Positions 26,501 through 38,327 of a DNA stretch of 64,000 nucleotides are shown in pieces. Within the stretch, counting starts at the first letter, position 1. Each line of letters begins with the position of its first letter. A model generated the notes under the pieces. The model was not told the origin of the DNA. It did no database searches and worked only from the letters and a program-made list of their open reading frames with translations. The position numbers and the translations under genes were made by a program. Source of the DNA: Tubiluchus corallicola (taxonomy: Eukaryota > Animalia > Priapulida); contig JAQGDQ010000001.1 in NCBI GenBank assembly GCA_030141605.1, positions 1,302,001 to 1,366,000 of the forward strand, written 5' to 3'.

Positions 26501-29500
26501 ATTGTGAATAAATTTACCTCTTTGTTGTGAAAATATCAAATGTCTGTTAACTAATATGCATTGTTCTTTCTTTTTTCTTAGGGGCGCATTTCCACCGCTC
26601 CATTTCATCATGTTGGGTTTGCAGATTTCTGGCTGGCTGATCAGTTAAATAGTTTAGTAATGGTTTTCTATGACTTTGAATATCTAGTCTGCTTCTATGC
26701 ATTTAGGATGGATTGGTCGTCGTTATCACTGAGTAAGTTACAATTCAATGCAGCATTCTGCATAGTTGTATGTAAATAAAAATTTGTCGACATGCTTGGG
26801 ATAGTCTCACGTACTAGTGCTGCCATCTCATCAAAAATAGGGTACAATGCCCATTCCCATTGTGCTAATGGAAAATTGACTTGTTTTTCCAGAACATTCC
26901 TGATTTATTTCTTATTATTTGTAATCTTACCTTAGTCAGTGTAAATAATAATCTCCTCTCTCTGTGGGCAGAGACGACAGTGATAGTATTTATAAAGATG
27001 CATGAGGCACTTCGGCAACGGTCAGTAATAATTTATTGCCATAACAGAATGTGCTTACTTGTGTACCACTCTGGAACATACAGCTCTCTGAAAGATTCAT
27101 TGTACCATTCTGAAAATGATGATTTTCCACAAATTTCTTATTTATTCACTTAATAACACTTTAGTTTAATTTGGTGTAACAACTACAATAATTCATTTAT
27201 TTTGTTGCTTTGTTTCAGAGGGAGATTTTACTGAAGATAATGATATGTGTATGTCCAATATTTATGGAATTCGTCCAGTACTAGGCTGTCTACCTGCATG
27301 GTGGCGTTTCTCTCAGTGCCTGCGACGATATCGAGATACTCGTTTAGCATTTCCTCATCTAGTGAATGCTGGAAAATACGCGACCACATTTTTCATGGTT
27401 ATATTCCATTCTTTACACGTGTGGCAAAAAAGTAAATAACTCTTATTCTTGAAACATTCTTTGATCATCAGCGATCATTGCCTTTGCCTTGTTTTAAGAT
27501 TATTGCTGGCTTGAAATTTTAAATTTGGATTTTGTAAAAGCTTGAATTTATATTCTAAATCAAAGCTGCACAGTTTCTCTTTGCATCAACCTTAAGTGCT
27601 AGAATATCAATAGCTAACACCTCTCAAAAAGCTCAGAAGTTAATGCATTAATGCATCATTGTTACCACCTGCCATAAATAAAATACAAGGACTGTAAATG
27701 TAACTCCACTATAAATGAACTGCCAAGCTGTGTTATTTATTTTGCGATAATAAATTTGCTGTGCTTTTTTTCAGGTAAATCTGATAATGAAATTTGTTTC
27801 TACTTATGGATCGCTGCATCTATAGTCAGCAGTTGCTATACACTTGCGTGGGACCTAAAGATGGATTGGGGCTTGTTTGATAAAAATGCCGGTGAAAACA
27901 GATTTCTACGTGAGGAAATTGTTTATGCTTACAAGGTCAGTAATCATTTTGTCACAACAGTTCAGTAGTAATGAACTGGCTACTTTGCATTTTATTATTA
28001 TTATTATGTTTTTGTAATGTACTAGCAGCTTTTGCTTCTTATGTTTAAATGTTTACCTGTTTATATTTGTGGGCATTGTTGATTTCTGTTATGATGCACT
28101 ATGTCACCTTAATTTTTATACAAAAGACAATGGATTGTGTTTGTGCCCGTAGGCCCATAGTAATTTAGCAACAAATTTTTATGTCCCCCAGTGTCCCGCC
28201 AGAATTAGTAAATAGTTTAACTAAAACATTTGCTAGAGAACACACAAATATTTAACTTTTCAGATCTGCTTATTTCTTTGCACACTTAAATCCTCATCTT
28301 ACTTGGTTCTCCAGTTTTGGGACTTTCCACATGACAACCTAGACTTCTTTCCATACTTATCCAATACTAAATGAATAAAAGTCTGAATAAATCTCTTTTT
28401 AATAAACACAGATATTCAGTGTTTGTTTATTTAAAATGAATTTGTCACTCAGACTAGTTTGGTTAATATAGTTCTAACCAGAGAAAATAGTAAGAAATTT
28501 GATTTCTGATCAATGTTTGACACGTTGATGATACTGTGATAGTGTAAAGAACAAGAGCTTGAACAAGTATTGAATTTGTTTGACTCTTGCCCAAAAAAGC
28601 ATTTAGCTACTAAACAGTTTAATCCTGTTCTAGTAGACAATGATGCAAAAACTTCTAATGACCTGAAATTATTTTAGTTAAAATTTACTGATAATGGCTT
28701 CCAATTTTTTTTAAACCTTTTCTCTGTTAATATATTCCAGTAGCTATTATGATGTTTTAGTTACACTGTCAAAAATTAAATGTGCATTTGTATTGTCAGT
28801 GTTAAAATACATTGGGGTAGAGTTTTTAAACTTTCTGTTTATACTTAAGTAAACTGTCTTATGGGATCTATGTTTTCAGGCTTACTACTATTTTGCTGTG
28901 ATAGAAGATACCATATTACGCTTCGCCTGGACACTGACTGTTACCCTAGCAGAGCAAAATATTATTGATCCAGATGTATTAACATCCATACTAGCAGCTT
29001 TAGAAGTTATACGGTAAGTAATAAAAATCTTATTTTGGTTTCTCGTTATTGTCTAATATGGTTATCATTAGCAACTTTTAATTAGAGAAACCCAGACTGT
29101 TGTAATGATATGGTAAAAAAATGTAAAACTGAGGTACTTTTTTGTTCTTTCTATTTTTCACATAACTAATGCTTTCTAATCTCTCTAGCTACAGACTTTA
29201 CCTTTATTAACCGTGTTTTTACATTTCTGCCCTGGTGAGCTCTAGTAAAAAGTTACAAGAGATATGTCAGAAAGCATCAATTTTTGTGTTATTTTAATTT
29301 CAATCTTATTAGTCCATGGTTTGCGAATGGATTATTAAACTTGAAATAAAACATGAACAAATAAGACGTGAAAAATTCAAACTTAGGATTTAAATGAAGC
29401 ATGTTTCGGTTAAAAGCTTTAGAAGCAGTTTTAGAAATTCGATTTAGGAAAATTTTAAAATGCAAATCGTGAGAAAATTTTAATATGTTAAATGTAACAT

Positions 29501-32500
29501 TTGTATTACAATATGTACTCAACGAAATAACAGAAACCGTTATTGGACGCTTTGATATATAATCAGTCTGCTACTTGTAAATGCTCATAGAACATATTTT
29601 TGCTTATTTTCTAGACGGTATATATGGAATTATTTTCGTCTTGAAAATGAGCACCTAAACAACTGTGGCCAATTTCGAGCTGTACGTGACATATCTATCG
29701 CACCTATAGCAACGAATGATCTTGCGCTTTTACAGCAAATGATGAACGATCTAGAAGGAGTAACACACAGACGGAAAAACCGTTTAAAAAACAAGTGAGT
29801 ATATTAATATACAACTTCGTTGTAATAGTACAGTGTTATTATATGAACCAGTTATATTACCCATGCAGTCTAATCACTAAAAATTCTTGCTAAAGCTTCG
29901 ATCTTAAATGAGACTGTATTTCTTGTCGCTAAAATTGTAGATCTGGCTAACGACGGGCTGCTACAAGTGCTTGTGAATACTGTGCAAGATGGCTATAATA
30001 TTCCAGATAACGAGCTGAATGAACATTTTCTTTGTATACCAGCACAATTGTTTTTTATATAAATAAAAATAACAAATTTGATAGGACGTTAGCTGGAAAG
30101 CATATGAAATAACTAGATCAAATTACGCAAAATTATGAAAAGGTATTAAATATTTTTCAAAGGGTATTTAAAGGCTTTCTAAATAAATTTTTTAAACAAG
30201 AAAATGTTCCAGTTAATATTTGCTTTTTTTTTGTAATCAAGCTATTTATGCTTAGTGTACTAGGAAACTAACATGATTATATTCAAATTTTTAAGTGTGG
30301 AAACTTGTCAGTGGGTAAATATCCATTTATTACCTGGCTCACCTGCAACATTCAAAGAGACCATCTGACCAATTTACTTTGTGGCCTGTACCATTTTTAA
30401 TGACAGGCCATTTGGATTGCTTGGTACATTACAAATATTGACAAAAATAAATCTTATTTTCGAACTGGGAATTAGGCAAGAATTTTAACAATTGCACTTA
30501 TGAAGCAAGTATAAAACTTGTCCAGCAGTGGTAGTTTAGTCTAACAGCCCAAGGAGCTAAATATGAGAGATAAGCTTGCAACCAAGTAGTTGTTACTGCT
30601 CAGTATTAGTAGCTTTTTAAACTAATTTGTGAAAGTAACTTGTTTTGAGCTAGTAAAGTTACCCTTTAATTCTTAGTCCGTGATTCTGCACATCAATTCT
30701 GTTGTTATCGCCTTATTACAGCTGTAAACTGCAAAAATATTTTTTAATTTTTTATTTCTAAACAAATTTTATTGGACTAGCTGTTGATGCCAATAAAAAT
30801 GATGCTATTTCGTGTCCTACAATTTTCCCTCAATAATTGAGGAACATTTTTTGAGAATAACAAAAGAGTCGATTATTGAGAACACCACTGTTAATTGGTT
30901 GAATTTTCCATGGGACCTTATAGCAGTCCTGTTTGGGAAGTTGCACATAGTGGAACATTATGGTTGAACGTTTATTTCTTCAAATTAGCTTGAATGTCAG
31001 TTTTGACAAACTCGATAGATTATAATGACACTTGCATAAGTTGATGTCGTGGTTGTATTTCAGACAACATTTAGCCCAATACATTCGACGTTATACAGTT
31101 TCCACTACAGACAGGTACTGCCTGCACGCGTGTGTGCTTGTGATCGATTAATTGTTGCAATTGAATTATCATATCATGCGGCATCCTTCCCAATTTTTTT
31201 CTTTTCATACAACACTGACTTCTCTACAGATTACTATTATACATTTTCATTTTTAATCATCATATTTTTTCAGTAATAAAATAATTTTCCCTTTTGACAA
31301 CACAATTTGATTATACACACTGGATGAATTTGTTGGTACCATTCCAAATCGCTTCCTCTTTGATGAAATCTACATGGTTTGAACTTATGAAGCAACCTGA
31401 AATGGTGCATACAGAAATTTGTCGAATAAACATTTTTATTATTATTTGATTCACAATCTTTATTGTGTTGTTACAGATGCCAACATGTGAACTTTTTAAA
31501 TAACTTAGCACATTGTGACTAATAACTTTACATGATGTACTATTCATCACCTAAAATTGATATGTTTTTGTTAGCATAAAGGTTTTAAGTGGACTACACA
31601 AATGAATGTTTTTTTATTATATTTCCAAGAAAGTGTAGTGAATTAGTAAATTGATAAATTAGTTATATTGAAGTAATCCAGAAAAAACATTATGGCTGAC
31701 GCAAAAAGTTCAATAAAAGGGGGAACTGAAATGCTAGATTTATAGTGATCTGCTTTATTGCTAAAAATTGCCAAATTTTGTTTTAACACTTTTAAGTAAA
31801 CCATTTTTCCATTTAATAGAACATAAATTTAAACAAAATACATTTTGTCAGACTAGTGAGTTCAGTAAATGCTTGTTGTTAGAGGGGCAAAAAATCTTTG
31901 GAAAATAGTTGTGGCCTGTTTTGGTATCATTAAATGATTGAAGCAAACTTCTGTTCTCTATTAAGTTGATTTTATTGTGTTGTCTGATCTGTGACAGGAA
32001 CAGGTTAAAGGTTCCAGATGAGGCTAAACTGGCTAATCCTGTTCCTCAGAAAAAATACTCATTCACTAATTTGAGTATTCACAGCTTTCGTATGTATCTA
32101 CAGCACTACCATTTGAGATTATGTCACTTGTATTATTGTAAAGTTTGCATGTTATCTCTGTACAATAGTGTACTTGGCATGCATAAAATGGTTATTTTGA
32201 GAATTTACAAGTTCAGAATGATTAATAAAAAGCATTTTACGCAACTAACACTTTTGTCGTGTTAGCTGGAATTAGAAAACTAATAAATACTCCTTGCAGT
32301 TTTTTAAACCTTTATAATAGGCTGTAACTGGATATAGCTAGAAGTACTTTGCCAAGGTGACAGTATTAGTTTTGCTTTTCATTATAGTTCTATAAATAAT
32401 ATTAACTGTGTCTGGTGCATCTGTTGCAAATATGTGAATATCAGATGAAATGCATGTTTGTTAATTGCTAAACCTGCATGGTTATGTAAGTGCCACATTT

Positions 32501-33073
32501 TTGTTTGAAATAGTGTTTCTGCTAATAACATGTATCTTTTTTAAAAGCAGGTTAGAATTACATTATAATAAACATTATTTGAACCTGCAAATTCCCACTT
32601 GCAGATGGCTAATCTTACCTATTTTTTTATTTTGCATTGGTACCTTATTGTTTCAGATTATGTGTTAGGCATTCTGATAAATTTTTCTGCCAATTTTTTT
32701 TAAATCAGTTATTTAAAATGGGTTCGTGGGTAGCTATCTTAATAAACCATTCATGTAGTTAAATAACTTGAAAAATTCCATATTGTTGAATGAATATGCA
32801 TCGCATTAATAGACTAAAATATGCTGTGGTATTTAATAACTAAGTGATCATTTCTGTTCTCTAATGAGAATCTCGATATGGTATGTTCTAGAAGAATCTC
32901 TTGGCAATCTCTTTTTCTCTTGAAAATCCATTCCACATAAGATTAGTTTGTTGTACAAAAACATAAAAAGCTCTATGCAGTTCACACCTAATCCTCTTTT
33001 TTGTTTTGCTAGACCTTCCAAGTTAAGAAAGTCTGAAACGCGATTACGACTGTTAGGATCATCAGAAACTTAG
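4588..33073 (+). CDS. XPR1: XPR1 (SPX-EXS phosphate exporter, SLC53A1) orthologue, multi-exon, about 672 aa
   Basis: Hand-spliced GT-AG exons in consistent phase: 4588-4656, 10103-10154, 13013-13114, 14352-14488, 18531-18659, 19687-19788, 24713-24793, 24946-25024, 25383-25570, 26019-26198, 26582-26732, 27219-27431, 27775-27935, 28880-29013, 29615-29794, 33013-33073 (2019 nt). Hallmark motifs [81 protein letters not shown]. The last exon is less certain. Confidence 0.95.
4698..4869. repeat. 87-bp tandem duplication (two diverged copies) at the LINE 3' end
   Basis: ttaccgac...cttcatctaaatgac...tggtagtaggggctgt...ggacaagcttgtgt at 4698-4782 and 4785-4869. Confidence 0.9.
4698..6050 (-). mobile_element. 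5'-truncated, degraded CR1-group LINE (RT domain, C-terminus and 3'UTR) in XPR1 intron 1, antisense
   Basis: Frameshifted RT motifs on the minus strand: [80 protein letters not shown]...SVNAFK. Confidence 0.9.
8812..9023. repeat. (TA)n tracts, a short GC-richer insert and a G16 run
   Basis: TA runs near 8812-8825 and 8867-8883; 16 G at 9008-9023. Confidence 0.75.
10103..10154 (+). CDS. XPR1: XPR1 exon 2
   Basis: tttcAG|[17 protein letters not shown]|GTAATA. Confidence 0.92.
11526..11558. repeat. (TA)n microsatellite, about 16 units
   Basis: Directly visible. Confidence 0.95.
12523..12684. mobile_element. MITE-like element with 17-bp perfect TIRs and an internal degenerate (CCCTAA)n array
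   Basis: AGTTTACAATTCCCCAC (12523-12539) and GTGGGGAATTGTAAACT (12668-12684); internal ccctaaccctgaccc...cctaaccctaatcc. Confidence 0.7.
13013..13114 (+). CDS. XPR1: XPR1 exon 3
   Basis: [37 protein letters not shown] flanks. Confidence 0.93.
14352..14488 (+). CDS. XPR1: XPR1 exon 4
   Basis: [17 protein letters not shown]...KEKQ, AG/GT flanks. Confidence 0.9.
17135..17320. repeat. Small hairpin, CCCTAA seed and ~15-bp degenerate tandem array (tgccatttttacc-like), probably a non-autonomous TE
   Basis: ttattccc/gggaataa inverted pair at 17135-17157; repeated TGCCATTTTT variants at 17203-17320. Confidence 0.5.
18531..18659 (+). CDS. XPR1: XPR1 exon 5 (SPX lysine cluster)
   Basis: [34 protein letters not shown]|GTGAGC. 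Confidence 0.95.
19687..19788 (+). CDS. XPR1: XPR1 exon 6
   Basis: [34 protein letters not shown]|GTGAGT. Confidence 0.93.
23894..23965 (+). repeat. Dispersed repeat, copy A
   Basis: tcatcaaaaataaagtacaatgacccattccca...gtggaaatttg is similar to 26818-26880. Confidence 0.65.
24713..24793 (+). CDS. XPR1: XPR1 exon 7
   Basis: [27 protein letters not shown]|GTACGT. Confidence 0.93.
24946..25024 (+). CDS. XPR1: XPR1 exon 8 (TM1)
   Basis: [26 protein letters not shown]|GTAAAT. Confidence 0.92.
25383..25570 (+). CDS. XPR1: XPR1 exon 9
   Basis: [48 protein letters not shown]|GTAGGT. Confidence 0.95.
26019..26198 (+). CDS. XPR1: XPR1 exon 10
   Basis: [12 protein letters not shown]...[19 protein letters not shown]|GTAAGT. 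Confidence 0.93.
26582..26732 (+). CDS. XPR1: XPR1 exon 11 (EXS)
   Basis: [25 protein letters not shown]...|GTAAGT. Confidence 0.94.
26818..26880 (+). repeat. Dispersed repeat, copy B
   Basis: tcatcaaaaatagggtacaatgcccattccca...atggaaaattg is similar to 23894-23965. Confidence 0.65.
27219..27431 (+). CDS. XPR1: XPR1 exon 12
   Basis: [39 protein letters not shown]. Confidence 0.94.
27775..27935 (+). CDS. XPR1: XPR1 exon 13
   Basis: [33 protein letters not shown]|GTCAGT. Confidence 0.95.
28880..29013 (+). CDS. XPR1: XPR1 exon 14
   Basis: [18 protein letters not shown]...LEVI|GTAAGT. Confidence 0.94.
29615..29794 (+). CDS. XPR1: XPR1 exon 15
   Basis: [30 protein letters not shown]...[15 protein letters not shown]|GTGAGT. 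Confidence 0.93.
31998..32089 (+). CDS. XPR1: Possible alternative XPR1 C-terminal cassette exon
   Basis: gacAG acceptor in phase with exon 15, reading [31 protein letters not shown], then a GTATGT donor. Confidence 0.45.
33013..33073 (+). CDS. XPR1: Probable XPR1 terminal coding exon
   Basis: Strong pyrimidine tract plus tAG; in phase with exon 15, giving [20 protein letters not shown]. Confidence 0.6.
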
Positions 33074-35608
33074 CAGTTTTTGAGATGAAAAAAGATGCCG
33101 TAACGTCGACCAGCTGCTAGGTGCTACTGCACGATGAGATGAAGCATCGAGGAAGCATAGGTCTTGACTTTTTTAACGCTATTAAATTACAGCGAGCCAT
33201 TTCAAAACCATAAGTGGGCAGTCTGCTGGCAATGGTGTTTCTTCCCATTTTACTATACACCTACTTTACTTTACTATTACTTTACTCACTATTTTGGATG
33301 AGTATTAACTGCAACAAAAACATGTAAATTTATAGAAAATTGGAATGTATAAAGACATACAAGCATTTCAATAACAGGTTAATTATTGCATTAGATTAAG
33401 CAGTAAGATTGCACAATACATTGTATTCTAATTTCATATAACACCATAGCTGACAAACAATGCTGTATTTTAATTGGTTCATCCATCCGGGAATCAGAAT
33501 TCATCTGACGTTAATTGTACTTGCAAATTGAGAAGGCAACAAGGGGATTACTTTAAATGTGAAAAAGCTTAAGGAGCATTATTTTTTATATAACACTGTA
33601 GAAGAAATGATGCTCACCACGTTACGTCATTAGGAGTATAACTGAAATGGATGAATGTGACTAAATGTGAATTTTTTGGTCAGTCTGGGAAATCCAAACA
33701 TTTTATTTCCAGAGAGCTTATAACATATTAATGTTATTATGTATAAAGCTATTTACGCTTTGTGTTGTTTTTGTTACCAATGCTATAGTGAAATAATATA
33801 ATTTGTTGTAGTTCTTGTGTAAATATTTTTTAATTGTTCTCGTAATGACCAGTTCAGATCGTAACTATGAGAGATTAGCCTCTAGGCCTAAAGAAGAGCT
33901 AGAGTCACTGTTTCTTATATACACATTAAAAATGTGTGGAATTTTGGGTAAGAAGCATACTGTAGCTACTTAGTTTACCAGTAACCAGTTAGTTTTGCTC
34001 ATTATTTACACCTAAGAACTAGGCACACAAACAACTACAGTATAAATGTAATGGTATATTTCTTGCTTCAAACAGAACTGTCTTCTGAAGGGCATAACGA
34101 CTACAACAGCATTGTTCCAATTATGAAACTTGTAGCTGTAATTTATGTATTTTTGTATATTAGATGTTTTTGTGGAACTACGGTTATTATGGTTGGTGCC
34201 TACATAACTATCAATTTGAGCATAGTTCTATCAAAAATAAGGGTATTGGTCTAGTAGGGACAGCTTATAACAGCAGGTGACTTGCATTAATTTTTGAACC
34301 CAAGTAAATAAAATTTAGCCGAGAAATGTTAAAACAATAATTATGTCTTACTAATTTTGTGCAATACCAATGTTGATATTTTTCACTTTTTGTAATTTGT
34401 ATGATGTACTGCCCATAATGCATTGTCAGTCAAAAATAATTCTTATAAAAATGTGCATACATTGTGCTGCATGTAATAGTTTATTACTCATATTTAGCGG
34501 ACTGTAATCTTAATCATTTATTGATTATGGACAAGAGCACAGATTATTAGTAAGTAATATTAATTAGTAAGTTCCTTAAAGATAAGTATGCTGTGTTACT
34601 GTTTCTGCTTGTTGAATTCGCATACAGTAAATACAAAAAATACATTAACTGCACAATCTTATTGATGCCACGTTAATACGATAATTATGGACCAAGTTAA
34701 ACTTTGTTCTTCATGCAACTTGTCTCGTTTTTATAATATAAAACTGTGAAGATGCTTTGAATGAAATGTGATTTTGCAACCACTATAAAGATTATAGTGT
34801 AGTGTATTTATTTGTGTATATATTGTTAATGATGTTTCATAATTATTTATGAATTGGTTGTAAATATTTTATAAAGTATATCCAACGAGCCTCATTTCAG
34901 AATTTAGCAGCATTTTTAATAAATTATTAGTGTTACTTTTACATCTTTATGCTTATCTTCTGTTGACCGACCTACTTTTGCAACTTCTCCACATGTCTTG
35001 TTGTTTATATGTACATATCAAAATTTTGAAAGCATTTTTAGTTGGTTTGCTTAGCTAGTTTTTTGTGGTGCATATACAATTAAATTTTTGAAGTCTTACT
35101 TTTTTAAATTCACTTAAATTAGTGAGGATAAAATTTAGTATGTAAAAGGTCTTAAGATACATGTCTTGGGATTTAATTTATTAAAGAAAAACATGGCAGT
35201 GTCAGTGCCAGATTAACCAATAGCAAACAAGGTACATGCCTTAGGGCCAGCCAAAAATCCAGGTCACAAAAAATAAAGTAAAAAAATTAATAAGTTCTCT
35301 GGTGATTACAAAAATGCTTTCCTTTATTTTTATGTAAATAAATGTTTTTTTTTATTGTGACCTATGCGACAACGAGCGAATAGGACGCTATTCAGACAGG
35401 AACATTTTGTCGGAAGTTTTATCTTTATATGTTTAATGAATGACACCATTTTTTTCTTTTTAACAACGTGACAATTTTTTATTTGTTTTTTAGCTAACAC
35501 ACTGCTTCTTTGTTTTTCTTTAAGACGTTAATCTATCATTAGTTCCTATTAGACGATACCTTCTACAGCTTAGGTGCAGTCTTGTGTTAAACATGTCTGA
35601 TCTTTATA

Positions 35609-36394
35609 CATAGAACATAGAACATTTTTTATTTTCTCCATTTAGTTTGACAAAAAGTTTTTTAAATATTACGTAATTATTATCGTGGAGCAGGGCAGGG
35701 AAGGACCATAGGGTCATCTAGTCTCCTGCCCTTTCTTGTAAGTAGATTAGTCTATTAAAATTAAATGGTGATGCTGCAGCTAACAAAAAACAAATAAGAA
35801 AAAATAATAAAAACAGGATAAATGATACAAATTATCAAAAAAGTAGTGAAAACAAAAAACAATAAAGTTAGATACCTAAATCTAAACAAAACAATACAAT
35901 TAATCAGTAATTATTAGGGTAATAATCAGTAATTATCATACAATAGGGGTCTTATTAACAAGGGAATTTGACCAAGGTTAGTGAGTAAAGTTAAAAAACT
36001 GAGAGTATGGAGAGATAAAATAAGTATCAAAAAAGTGTAACATAGAAAAATTTAAGAGAAAAAGTGAGTATGAGAAAGAGCAACAGTTACTTAGGAGATG
36101 AGGAGAAAAAAGAAAAAAAACTTGCTAGCTTGCTTATTAGTCTTACAAGTTATGTAATACAGGTATATTCATTTAGTAAGAATTTTGTGTGTTTTTGGAA
36201 GCAGAAAATAAGCTACCTTCAAATGTATCTTTTGGCAACGAAGTCCATAATTTAACTCGTGATTTTAAGCTATTGAAACCATGTCGGGTAAAAAATCTCT
36301 CCACAAAATACTGTTCATTAGAAGCAGCTCTTGTGAAGTAGGAATGTATATCAGAAACATTAGTGAAATATTCACTAAAAAGTTATGATGGTAG
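35609..36394 (-). mobile_element. 3' end of a CR1/L2-group LINE (ORF2 C-terminus, 3'UTR stem-loop, microsatellite tail)
   Basis: Minus strand reads LFSEYFTNVSDIHSYFTR...KLWTSLP...FQKHTKFLLNEY; stem AGGGCAGG/CCTGCCCT (35692-35732) around a GACTAGATGACC CR1-like motif; tail (TTCTATG)2 at 35609-35625. Confidence 0.65.
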
Positions 36395-36399
36395 TGGGT

Positions 36400-37250
36400 C
36401 AAGTGTAGTTGTCCAAGGTAATTTGTCTGCAGTTGGTACTTTCAATCTTGATGCTAAAGATTTGAAGGTGGAGTATAAGCTGCATGTGGAAGATTTTGAA
36501 GATTAGTTGAGTTTTCAAACTACTCCACTGACTCAAAAAGTCCTAGTTGCTGAATAGGATAGAGTTAGAGGTTTAGAAGGATTGTGCGAGGTTTGGATCT
36601 TGTTACTCAACATTCTGCAGGCAGTCAGCTAGATAGCTATGAATCTGTGAAAGCTACTTTGCAACAGTATTTTGCTCCCACTGCTAACCTTGTGTATGAA
36701 TATTTTGTCTTTCGATCTTAAGAGCAAGGTCCCTAATGAAAGCATTGACAATTTTGTAGCCGAATTGAAAATATTGGCTAAAGCTTGTAATTTTACTGAC
36801 ACCTCCTATGAGACAAATGAAAATCAAATGGTGCGTGACCAGATGATAGTAGAGTCAATGACATTAGAAGAAAATCACACGTATTGACGGAGACACACTC
36901 ACTTTGTCCAATGCCATCGATATTGCCCAAATCAGTGAGTCTTTTACTGCAAAGACTGCTGAAATGAGTGAAGCTCAGTAACACTCGGAAAACCTCCTCT
37001 TTTTTTGTTGGCCATGAAATATTCTAAGTCTACCAATCGATATAAGAGGTTCCATTGTTGATTCTACCAGATGTGGCATATCGCAAAATACTGACCATCG
37101 AAAAAGTCCAATTGTGGACAATGTTATGGTTCTTCTGATGGTAGCAAACAGCGACACTCAAATCACAAGGGGTGCCTTTGTTACAAATGACAACACCAAC
37201 CTAAGGAGGGTAAATGGGACTTATGAGCGTAATAAATTTTCTCTTGCGAA
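36400..37250 (+). mobile_element. Internally deleted Ty3/Gypsy (Mag/K02A2.6-like) gag relic
   Basis: Frameshifted peptides YESVKATLQQYFAPTANLVYEYFVF, NESIDNFVAELKILAKACNF, NQMVRDQMIV, LTLSNAIDIAQISE; NGTYERN near 37215 resembles the pol C-terminus. Confidence 0.7.
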
Positions 37251-38235
37251 GTTTAACTTTTCATTTTGTTGGTGAGTCCAAGATATCTGTATTTTCAGGC
37301 AGCTTATCAAAATGTCTTTGTATATAGGGCCAGCAAAGCCTTAATCTGGCACTGTGCAGTATAATTACTCTGGTACAGCAAAGAAGTGCACAAAATCTTA
37401 GTTAAATTTAATCTAAAATACTATAGTTGTTTTGGCTTGCCATTTTTATTATTTGTATTCCTTAAATCCGACCTTATTAAAGATAATGTCAAGTACGAAA
37501 TTCTCATTTTCTTCCCACTAGATACCACCGTCAGGGTTTTGGCGATATTAAAAGCGGCCGTTTTCAGCTTTGCTGATGGTATTCAGTACTCATTGACTTG
37601 AGAGATTGAAATGAAAACAATTTCACAGCCTCTCGATGTCATCAAGTTTTGTTGATAACAGATTCACGTAGTTGCTAACACGGTCACTTGGGCATAGAGC
37701 ACCAAATTAGTAACCGGGAATCTCAATACGAGCACTGGAAAAAACATAGTTTTCGAGCTTGGCACGATTACCCAGGGGCATTATTTAGAATAAAACCTTA
37801 ATTTTTCCGAAGTGTAACAAGTAAGCAATTTTTGAGAAAGGCAGTAGTTTTTCAGATCATCGTGAATAACGAGCTCGTATAGGCCTACTATTGAAGCGCC
37901 ATGCAACTGAACCGAGAGGCTGGTCGCCTTTTAGTAGACGCTCCTATCGCTTACGTAACGGTTAGACTCCTAGCGTGAATCCCACAGACCTAGCTGCTTC
38001 TGCTGCTGCTGTATCTGAATGAAAACGTTTAATGAAGCCACCACCATGACGAGGGTTTCAGATGATGTTTTGGCGTATTTATTTATTTGGTAGTTTGGTG
38101 TGAATTTAATGATGTTCGTACATTCAAAACAGAGATGTGTCACAGCAGATTCATTCAAGGAAAAAACGCACAATCTCTAAACAGCAAATGAATGCTAATA
38201 TTATTGACTGCAGTGATTAAATATTCAAAGCACAG

Positions 38236-38327
38236 ATGTGTTGCAACGGCTTCTTGTGGGAAAAATTCCAGCAATCAATGAACGGTGATGCTTCGCACGT
38301 TCAGAATGCTGCCTTGCCTAAATCAAA
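38236..38327 (+). CDS. MMD: MMD putative coding exon 1
   Basis: ATG...MCCNGFLWEKFQQSMNGDASHVQNAALPKS|GTAAGC; phase 2 matches the next exon. Confidence 0.65.

Larger units (their letters stand above)
35203..37354. mobile_element. Non-autonomous hAT-like DNA transposon (2152 bp) enclosing retroelement fragments
   Basis: Perfect 14-bp TIRs CAGTGCCAGATTAA (35203-35216) and TTAATCTGGCACTG (37341-37354); flanking 8-mers GGCAGTGT and TGCAGTAT (6/8 match, TSD-like); subterminal TAGGGCCAGC near both ends. Confidence 0.7.
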
